From positions 2,837 through 66,836 of the forward strand of contig QQNF01000008.1 in NCBI GenBank assembly GCA_003402705.1: a stretch of 64,000 nt of DNA, written 5' to 3'. Below are positions 57,185 to 64,000 of the stretch, in pieces (position 1 is the stretch's first letter; each line of letters opens with the position of its first letter). Below the pieces are notes generated by a model. The model saw only the letters and a program-made list of their open reading frames with translations. It was not told where the DNA came from and made no database searches. Position numbers and translations under genes: made by a program. This DNA comes from Verrucomicrobiota bacterium. GTDB taxonomy: Bacteria > Verrucomicrobiota > Verrucomicrobiia > Verrucomicrobiales > V1-33.

Positions 57185-58366
57185 TTACATGCCAGGGTCG
57201 TCGGTGGAGACTGGTTCTGGTCTGGCGGCTTCGAGGGCGTAGGCGAGGTGAGGGGTGTAGAGGAGCGGTTCGAGGAGGAAGGAGTCGTGGCCCTTGTGGC
57301 TATGGGCGGTGATGTGCATGACGCTGACGCCGGCGTCTTCGAGGTGGCGGACGAGGGCGGCTTGTTCTTCTGGGTAGAAGCAGAAGTCGCTATCGATGCT
57401 GAAGACGAGGAAGTGGTGGTGGTGGGCGCGGCAGCGTTCGAGGAGGTCGGGCCATGAGTTGGCGTCGGCTTCGCGGACGGGGTCGAAGGAGGACCACATT
57501 TCGCAGATGCGGAGGTAGGTATTGGCGTCGAAGCGTTTCACGAATTTCTTGCCCTGGTGGAGGATGTAGGATTCGACGTTGTCGCGGAGCCGGTACCATG
57601 AGAGGCCCTCGTCGGGTTGGCGGACATCGCCGCGGGCGCGTTTTTCGATTTCGTCGAGGTGGACGAAGGTTTTGTGGGAGATCATGCGGGCGAGGGCGAG
57701 CCCGTAGAGAGGGGGATCGGAGTCGTAGTAGTCGCCGCCGCGGAAGTTGCGGTCATTTTCGATGGCGAGCATCTGTTCGAAGATGATGAGGCGGTTGAGG
57801 ACGGTGGTGCGGCAGCCTGAGGCGAGGGGGACGACGAGTCGGACGCGGTCTGGGGCTGTGGTGGCGAGGTTGAGGGCGCAGAGACCGCCGACGCTGGCTC
57901 CGATGACGGCGTGGAGCGTGTGGATGCCGAGGTAGTCGAGGAGGAGGAGATTGGCGCGGACGTTGTCGTTGACGGAGACGTGGGGGAATTGAGCGCCCCA
58001 TGGTTTACCGGAGGCAGGGTTGGTGGAGGCTGGGCCGGTGGAGCCGTAGCAACCGCCGAGGGTATTGGCGCAGATGACGAACCACTTGCGGGTGTCGAGG
58101 GCCTTGCCTGGGCCGATGAAGTCGGACCACCAGCCGTGGTGGCATTCTTCGGTCCAGCGGCCGTCGGTGCCGGGGACGTCTGGGTTGAAGCCTGCGGCGT
58201 GGTGGCTGCCGGAGAGGGCGTGGAAGAGGAGGATGGCGTTGCTGCGGTCGGCGTTGAGTTCGCCCCATGATTCGTAGGCGAGGGTGAATTCCGGGAGGGC
58301 TTCACCCGAGTGGAGGGGGAAGGGGGATGGGTGGTGGAAGAACCGGGTGGAGACGGTTGCGGGCAT
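57185..58366 (-). CDS. metX: Homoserine O-acetyltransferase (MetX family alpha/beta hydrolase)
   Basis: LAYESWGELN...NAILLFHALSG, WW..FIGPG..LDT, N.LGGC.GSTGP, GASVGG nucleophile, FDANTYL, GHDSFLL. Start at ATG 58366. Confidence 0.9.
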   Translation of the reverse strand: MPATVSTRFFHHPSPFPLHSGEALPEFTLAYESWGELNADRSNAILLFHALSGSHHAAGFNPDVPGTDGRWTEECHHGWWSDFIGPGKALDTRKWFVICANTLGGCYGSTGPASTNPASGKPWGAQFPHVSVNDNVRANLLLLDYLGIHTLHAVIGASVGGLCALNLATTAPDRVRLVVPLASGCRTTVLNRLIIFEQMLAIENDRNFRGGDYYDSDPPLYGLALARMISHKTFVHLDEIEKRARGDVRQPDEGLSWYRLRDNVESYILHQGKKFVKRFDANTYLRICEMWSSFDPVREADANSWPDLLERCRAHHHHFLVFSIDSDFCFYPEEQAALVRHLEDAGVSVMHITAHSHKGHDSFLLEPLLYTPHLAYALEAARPEPVSTDDPGM

Positions 58367-58532
58367 GGGGAAGGAGGGCCGGGGAGTTGGGAAGGGAAGA
58401 GAGCGCCGGGCGGGAGGGAGTGCAAGCTGCTTCCATGATGCTGGAAGCTGAGGAGGAGAGGGGAGAGGAGTGTCCGGGGTTGTGGGAGGGGAAAAGCGGC
58501 GGATGGTCGGCGAGAATTTTCCGAACTGCATT

Positions 58533-60056
58533 ATGACTGAAAGACCCTCGGCCGGAATGGTGGTGCTGCGCACGTTGTTGTTGGGGATTTTCTGTGTGGT
58601 GATCGGGTGGCTGGCGGCGGTGCAGGCGAAGCTGGGGATGGTGCCGGGGGTGGTGACGGGGGCGGCGATTTTCGGGATTGGGTCGTTTGCGCTGCTGAGG
58701 TTGGCGGGGGCACCGGGGAGTTTGTGGGTGACGTTCGGGATCAAGTTTTTCAGTGTGACGGCGTACAAGATTGTGACGGTGGTGCTGGTGAGTTATCTGG
58801 TGAAGGACTGCGGGTTGAAGGACACGTCGGCGCAGTGGTTGTTCGGGGTGTGGGGGATGTTCATGTCGGTGGCGACGCTGTTGTCGGGGTCGCTGACGGA
58901 CGTGCTGGGGTTGCGGAAGACCTTGTTAGCGGGAGTGCTGCTGTGTCTGGTGTCGCGGGTGCTGATGCTGGTGAGTGTGAATCCGTATGTGGTGCTGGTG
59001 CTGGGGATGGTGCCGCTGGCGGTGGGTGAGGCGTTGTGCACGCCGGTGCTGGTGGCGGCGACGCGGCGGTTTACGGACACGTCGCAGCGGTCGGTGGCGT
59101 TTTCGGTGTTTTACGCGATTTTGAATCTGGGGTTCATGGTGGGGTATTTTGTGAGGGACGGCGTGCAGCAGGGAGGGCCGGTGGCGGTGTGGGGGATGGA
59201 GTTTTCGGTGCAGCGGGTGCTGTTTGCGGTGAGTTTCGGGATTGAGTTGCTAGTGCTGCCCCTTGTGCTGCTGATGCGGGACCGGAGTGTGGAGGGACTG
59301 GCGATGGTGCCGGTGGCGGGTTTCCGTGCGGCGGTGGGGCAGACGGCGGGGATGTTCCGGACGATGGTGGAGCATCCTGGGTTCCGGAGACTGCTGGTGT
59401 TTCTGCTGATGATCGGGATCCTGAAGATTGTGTTCAACATTATGGACGCGGTGCTGCCGACGTTTGCGGAGCGTGAGATTGGCGGGGAGGGAGCGGCGCG
59501 GGTGGGGCGGTTGAATGCGGTGAACAGCATTCTGATTCTGGTGCTGGCACCGGCGGTGGGGATGATGACGCGGCGGTATTCGGCGTATGCGATGGTGATC
59601 TTTGGTGGGTTTATTACGGCGCTGTCGTTTGTGTTTCTGGCGTTGCCGCCGGGGTGGTTTGCGGGGGTGACGGCGGGGCCGGTGGGGGAGTGGATCGGGC
59701 GTGGGTATCTGGAGTTGAAGGGGACGGTGCATCCTTATCTGGTGATGATTCTGTTCTGGCAGGTGGTGTTTTCGGTGGGGGAGGCGTTCTATTCGCCGCG
59801 TGTGTATGAGTATGCGGTGGCGATTGCGCCGAAGGGACAGGAGGCGTCGTATGCGTCGTTGTCGGCGGTGCCGCTGCTGATGGGGAAGATGATCAACAGT
59901 GCGTTGTTCGGGACGATGCTGTCGCGGTTCTGTCCTGCGGAGGGGCCGAGGAATTCGAGTCTGATGTGGCTGATTGGCGGGTTGCTGGTGCTGGCTGCGC
60001 CGCTGGGGTTGCTGGTGCTGCAGCCTTATATCCGGGTGAAGGAAGAGGGGCGGTGA
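58533..60056 (+). CDS. MFS transporter (POT/peptide-transporter-like)
   Basis: About 14 hydrophobic segments; motif A GSLTDVLGLRK, AFSVFYAILNLG, SVGEAF.SPR, APKGQE.SY. Confidence 0.88.
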   Translation: MTERPSAGMVVLRTLLLGIFCVVIGWLAAVQAKLGMVPGVVTGAAIFGIGSFALLRLAGAPGSLWVTFGIKFFSVTAYKIVTVVLVSYLVKDCGLKDTSAQWLFGVWGMFMSVATLLSGSLTDVLGLRKTLLAGVLLCLVSRVLMLVSVNPYVVLVLGMVPLAVGEALCTPVLVAATRRFTDTSQRSVAFSVFYAILNLGFMVGYFVRDGVQQGGPVAVWGMEFSVQRVLFAVSFGIELLVLPLVLLMRDRSVEGLAMVPVAGFRAAVGQTAGMFRTMVEHPGFRRLLVFLLMIGILKIVFNIMDAVLPTFAEREIGGEGAARVGRLNAVNSILILVLAPAVGMMTRRYSAYAMVIFGGFITALSFVFLALPPGWFAGVTAGPVGEWIGRGYLELKGTVHPYLVMILFWQVVFSVGEAFYSPRVYEYAVAIAPKGQEASYASLSAVPLLMGKMINSALFGTMLSRFCPAEGPRNSSLMWLIGGLLVLAAPLGLLVLQPYIRVKEEGR

Positions 60057-60058
60057 GC

Positions 60059-60099
60059 AAAGAAAAGGCGGCACCGTCCTTGAGAAGGACGATGCCGCC
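60059..60099 (-). terminator. Terminator between the convergent MFS and PATR-repeat genes
   Basis: GGCGGCACCGTCCTT-GAG-AAGGACGATGCCGCC with a T-tract on the minus strand. Confidence 0.75.
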
Positions 60100-60145
60100 G
60101 TGGGGTTTGTGAGGGGTTGTCAGGATCGGTCAGGAACCGAGGCGA

Positions 60146-62839
60146 TTACTGGCGGAGCCGGTAGAATTTGCGTTGGGCGGAGGCAGGTTCGGAGAGCGGG
60201 CTGACGGCGTCGGGGAGGTCGGTCCATGTGGTGAGGTCAGAGGACTGCTGGAGCGTGCCGGAGTTGCTCCATGAGACGACGACGTTAGGGCCGGAGCGTT
60301 CGATGGTGACCGGGGAGGAATAGATGCTGCCTGGGCCTGAGATGAGGGATGGATGGGTGGCGGCGCTGTAGACGATGCCGTCGGGCTGGCGGGTGCCGTC
60401 GATGTAGAAGGCTGGGATGTCGCGGGTGCCTGAGTAGGAGAGTTTCAGGGCGGCGGTGGAGGAGAGGTAGATGGCGCTGCGGGGGCTGGGGGCTCCGGTG
60501 GCGGTGAACTCGAGCGTACCGGCTTGGATGCGGGTGGGGCCGGAGTAGTCGGATTGTGCGGTGGGGAGGCCGATGGTGCCGGTGCCGATTTTGGTGAGGC
60601 CGACCCTGCCGGTGCCGCCGTTGGTGTTGTCGGTGATTTTGCCATTCTGGCCGGAGCCGCCGGTGGGCCAGACGGAGTTGGAGATATTGGCGTTGCCGAC
60701 GGTGAGGATGGAGAGGGTGGCGTCGGCGTTGTTGGCGAAGACGCCGCCATTGCCGCTGAGGCCGCCGGTGGTCTGGCTGGTGCCGTTGAAGTCGACGCGG
60801 AGGTCGGTGGTGGAGCCGTTGCAGATGATGGAGCCGTTAGGGGAGCTGGTGACTGGGTCGCCGGTGGAGACCTGCTGGCCCCAGCGGCCGCGGGAGGTGA
60901 AGGTGAGGGTGCCTGAGCCGATTCTGGTGAATCCGGTGAAGGTGTTGGCGTTGTCGAGGATGAAGACGGCACCGGAGTCGAAGTTAGCCATGTCGATGTC
61001 GGTGCGGAAGCCCTGTTTCTGGGCGGTGGCGGAGTTCGGGACGACGGAGACCGTCATGTTGCCGCCGTTGCCGTTCTGGATGATGCCTGAGAACGTGGTG
61101 ATGGAGCCTGCGGGGGCGCCCATTTTGAGGACGGCGCGGGCGAGCGGGGAGTTATTGGTGATGGTGCCGAAGCCTGAGGGTGCGGGCATCTGGTTCTGGT
61201 TGTCGTCGCCGTTGAGGTCGAAGGTGCCGCCGGACATGACGAGACGGCCGTAGCGGTAGAGTTGGCCGTTGGCGGAGCGGAGATTGCTGTTCGTGGTGTA
61301 GGGGAGGGCCGGGTCGAGGGCGTTGAAGTATTTGAGGGTGGCGCCGGGTTCGAGGGCGTCGATGGAGTCGAGAGCGGAGGGAGAGAGACTGTTGCTGGAG
61401 ACGGCGGCCTTCATGATGACCGTGCCGCTGAGGAGACGCGTGCCGCCGGAGAGAGAGTTGCGGCCTTCGAGGGTGAGGGAGGAAGTGCCTTTGATGGCGA
61501 GGCCGTCGACGCCGGAGAGTTCGGCGGAGATGGTGGTGGGGCCGTGGACGGTGATGACCGGGTCTTTGGCGGGGTCGGATTCGGCCAGCGTCAGGGTACT
61601 GGCGTTAGGGGAAGAGATGGTGTAGGGGGCACCGAAGAAGAGGTCGTGGACGTTGACTGGGGAGTCGAGGATGACGTTACCGGCGCCTTGGGAGGTGAAG
61701 AGCGCGTCCTGGCTGTCGGACCAGAAGGAAGGCGAGTCCCAGTTCTGGCTGGTGGAGTTCCAGAGGAAGTCGCCGGCGGGGCTGTTGGTCCAGCGGTTGG
61801 GGCCGACCGGGGGTTGGGTGACGGCGTAGGTGACGGCGTTGAGGAACATCTGCTGGCCGGCTGTGGAGAGATCGAGGGCACCGGCCTGGGGATTGGGGGC
61901 GCTGGTGGAGGTGCCGGTGGCGTCGCGGGTGCCGCAGGAGAAGAGGAGACGGTAGCCTGCGAGGGTGTCGGAGGCCTGGGTGGTGCGGACGACGGTGCCG
62001 GCGGGCCATTCAGCGATGCCGTAGCCTTTGACGTCGTAGATGTCGGTGGGGTGGATGGCGGGGGTCTGACCGGCGGGGATGTTGACGCCGGGGTCGAGCG
62101 GGTTGAAGTCGAGCGTGGCGAGGAGACGGCCACCTGGTTCGATGGTATTGGAGATGGGTTGGTCTGCGCCGTTGAGGCGGACGGCGAAGAACTGGATGGA
62201 AGTGCCGCGGTTATTGGTAGGGGAGGGGACGCGGATGCCGGCGAAGTCGTTCATGACGGTGTCCGCGCCGAGGAGGGTGGCGGGGATGCCGGAGAAGACC
62301 GGGTGGGTGGGGACGTTGAAGGTGAGTTTACCGGAGGAAGTGCGGAGCGGGTCGTTGGCGGCGGAGTCGTATTCGGTGCTGGCGTTGGGTGCGTTGAGGT
62401 AGCCCATGCGGTTGGCGCGGATGAGCGTTGCTTTGGTGACGATCATGGGGGAACGGACATCGACGTTCCATTTATTGCCTTGAGCGTTGAGGTTGAAGGG
62501 ACCGCTGTTGAGGGCGGAGCCGAGGATTACGAGGTCGAAGGCGTTGAGGAGCGGGACGTCGTCGGTGGAGAGACGGCCGGATTGGGGGTTGAAGCGGGAG
62601 ACCGAGTGGCCGGCGGAGGTGAGGAGGTCGATGAAGCCCTGGTCGACGAAAGGAGTGCCGGTGGAGACGGCGGGGTGCCATGAGCCGCGGACGACTCCAT
62701 CGGAACCGGTGCCGGTGGTGGCGGCGGAGCCTTCTGGGCCGTTGTCGCTGACCCAGACGATGCGTGCGGCGTGAGCGACGGGGGCGGTGGCGAGGGCGAT
62801 GAGAAGCGGGGAGAGGAGGCGGAGGGATGGGGAGTTCAT
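60146..62839 (-). CDS. Secreted protein with autotransporter-associated beta-strand (PATR) repeats and no beta-barrel
   Basis: Signal peptide ending AHA-A; GTSSLTLEGRNSLSGGT, LDNANTFTGFT.I.SGTL, LTKIGTGT....SDYSGPT.IQAGTL; C-terminus SSDLTTW..RKFYRLRQ. Start at ATG 62839. Confidence 0.82.
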   Translation of the reverse strand: MNSPSLRLLSPLLIALATAPVAHAARIVWVSDNGPEGSAATTGTGSDGVVRGSWHPAVSTGTPFVDQGFIDLLTSAGHSVSRFNPQSGRLSTDDVPLLNAFDLVILGSALNSGPFNLNAQGNKWNVDVRSPMIVTKATLIRANRMGYLNAPNASTEYDSAANDPLRTSSGKLTFNVPTHPVFSGIPATLLGADTVMNDFAGIRVPSPTNNRGTSIQFFAVRLNGADQPISNTIEPGGRLLATLDFNPLDPGVNIPAGQTPAIHPTDIYDVKGYGIAEWPAGTVVRTTQASDTLAGYRLLFSCGTRDATGTSTSAPNPQAGALDLSTAGQQMFLNAVTYAVTQPPVGPNRWTNSPAGDFLWNSTSQNWDSPSFWSDSQDALFTSQGAGNVILDSPVNVHDLFFGAPYTISSPNASTLTLAESDPAKDPVITVHGPTTISAELSGVDGLAIKGTSSLTLEGRNSLSGGTRLLSGTVIMKAAVSSNSLSPSALDSIDALEPGATLKYFNALDPALPYTTNSNLRSANGQLYRYGRLVMSGGTFDLNGDDNQNQMPAPSGFGTITNNSPLARAVLKMGAPAGSITTFSGIIQNGNGGNMTVSVVPNSATAQKQGFRTDIDMANFDSGAVFILDNANTFTGFTRIGSGTLTFTSRGRWGQQVSTGDPVTSSPNGSIICNGSTTDLRVDFNGTSQTTGGLSGNGGVFANNADATLSILTVGNANISNSVWPTGGSGQNGKITDNTNGGTGRVGLTKIGTGTIGLPTAQSDYSGPTRIQAGTLEFTATGAPSPRSAIYLSSTAALKLSYSGTRDIPAFYIDGTRQPDGIVYSAATHPSLISGPGSIYSSPVTIERSGPNVVVSWSNSGTLQQSSDLTTWTDLPDAVSPLSEPASAQRKFYRLRQ

Positions 62840-62992
62840 AGAGTCCCCTGATTTTCGGGGGACTGGATGAGCGGTGACGAGATGGAAATGAGTTGTATGG
62901 CGAAAATACAACTAAGCGTCGGCGGAGCCTTGTTCCGGTTGGGCTGGCGGGGAACAGGGCGACAATAGAGCAGAACGCGTACCGTGAACGTG

Positions 62993-63049
62993 GAAAAAAG
63001 AGAGAGGCCACCGGGCCGGGACTGGGAGTCGCCGGGCCTGGTGGCCTCT
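62993..63049 (-). terminator. Intrinsic terminator after vccA
   Basis: AGAGGCCACC...GGTGGCCTCT long stem with a T-tract on the minus strand. Confidence 0.7.
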
Positions 63050-63070
63050 GGAGGGATGGGAGGGCGGGGA

Positions 63071-64000
63071 TTATTCGCCGACCTGATGGACTTCGGTGAC
63101 GCGGTAGGTGTAGAAGTCGTCGAGTTTCGCCGCGGTCACGAGGTTGGTGACGGTGACGTAGTCCGGGAGGCGGAGGATGGCAGGGTCGCGCGGGTTGATG
63201 TTGCGTTCAATCATGGCGGAGCCGCGCCATTCAGCCATGATGACATCCTTGCCTGGGGTGGAGTCGAAGATGACTGGATCGGAGTTGAGGGCTTTTTTGA
63301 CGGCCTGGGCGACGACGTGGACCTTGTAGGTGTCCGAGCGGGTGCAGAGGCGTGGGTAGAGTTCCGAGTAGGGCCGTTCGCGGACGTTGTCGCCGGTGAG
63401 GCGGTTGTTGGACCAGAATTCGCGGATGACCTGGTTGAGGGTGAGGCTGCTGGAGGCGTTGTTCATGTCTGGAACGAGCCAGAGTTCGCAGATTTCGGAC
63501 GGGGTCCTGAATGAGCTGAACGGGACAGGGAAGCCTTCGGCGTCGAGGCCGCGGAAGCGGAACTCGGTGATTTGGCGAACGGTTTCGCGAGCATTGATCC
63601 AGTAACGGTAGGACTGGTTGTCATTGAGACGGTTGCCGTCCTTGTAGCGCTGCGAGGCGGTATTGGGGATGGCCATCATGCGGGTGCCGCGGAAGAGGGC
63701 GTGAAGGGCGGTGGTGCGTTCGATGTAGGTGAACGGGAAGATCTGCTGATTGAGGTTGATGGCACCCTTGGTGGCGAAGCCTTCGCTGATGGACCACGGT
63801 TCGACGATCGGCATCCAGAACATGTCGAGGATGAGGTGATCTTTAGGACCGCAGTAGTTGGCGAAGGGGAAGAGGTGGGAGAAGCCCTGAGGTTTCTTGG
63901 GGACGTCGTTGACGGCACGGATGCGGAGTTGGGGGTCGTTCATGCCGGGGTCCGGGCGGAAGCGGAGCGTCTGCCATGGCACGCGGGCATTGATGCCTGA
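63071..64000 (-). CDS. vccA: Verru_Chthon cassette protein A, C-terminal part (5'-truncated by window edge)
   Basis: PWQTL.FRP, P.DHLILD.FWMP.VEP..ISE.FAT.G.INLN.QI.PF.YI.R.TAL, LTGDN.RERPY..LYPRL.TRS.TY.VH, E.RGS..IER, recognised as the TIGR02600-like family. Confidence 0.85.
   Translation of the reverse strand, partial: SGINARVPWQTLRFRPDPGMNDPQLRIRAVNDVPKKPQGFSHLFPFANYCGPKDHLILDMFWMPIVEPWSISEGFATKGAINLNQQIFPFTYIERTTALHALFRGTRMMAIPNTASQRYKDGNRLNDNQSYRYWINARETVRQITEFRFRGLDAEGFPVPFSSFRTPSEICELWLVPDMNNASSSLTLNQVIREFWSNNRLTGDNVRERPYSELYPRLCTRSDTYKVHVVAQAVKKALNSDPVIFDSTPGKDVIMAEWRGSAMIERNINPRDPAILRLPDYVTVTNLVTAAKLDDFYTYRVTEVHQVGE

Noticed and set aside
58367-58768. N-terminal extension making MetX 527 aa, or a SAM riboswitch upstream of metX
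   Set aside because: The extension overlaps the divergent MFS gene and is low-complexity; homology starts at Met 58366. No riboswitch consensus is visible in the short pyrimidine-rich leader.

Overview
High-GC bacterial chromosome segment, most likely Verrucomicrobiota (inferred from a Verru_Chthon cassette protein A fragment, PSD1/DUF1553 and PVC-type CxxCH proteins, DPxxAxxW helical-repeat proteins and an LTD-CotH protein). A housekeeping core (ffh, tRNA-Thr, tuf, tRNA-Trp, secE, nusG, rplK, rplA, rplJ, rplL, rpoB, rpoC; later rpsP, khpA, tcdA, a class I aminotransferase, aroC, metX) is interspersed with lineage-specific envelope genes. The main points of interest are: (1) a BlaI repressor with three visible palindromic operators and a ~2560-aa BlaR1/M56-type receptor built from repeated WG modules, two carrying DUF1549-like helical inserts; (2) an operon with a pseudo-receiver/pseudokinase/FGE-fold protein and an amidase; (3) an integron-cassette-like orphan gene next to a 95-bp three-hairpin tandem repeat; (4) a two-component pair that appears to have lost both its sensor and receiver domains; (5) a secreted CotH kinase with nested fucolectin and LamG domains; (6) a shared C-terminal motif on secreted proteins, one of them next to vccA. 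All family assignments come from motif recognition by eye; no searches were run.
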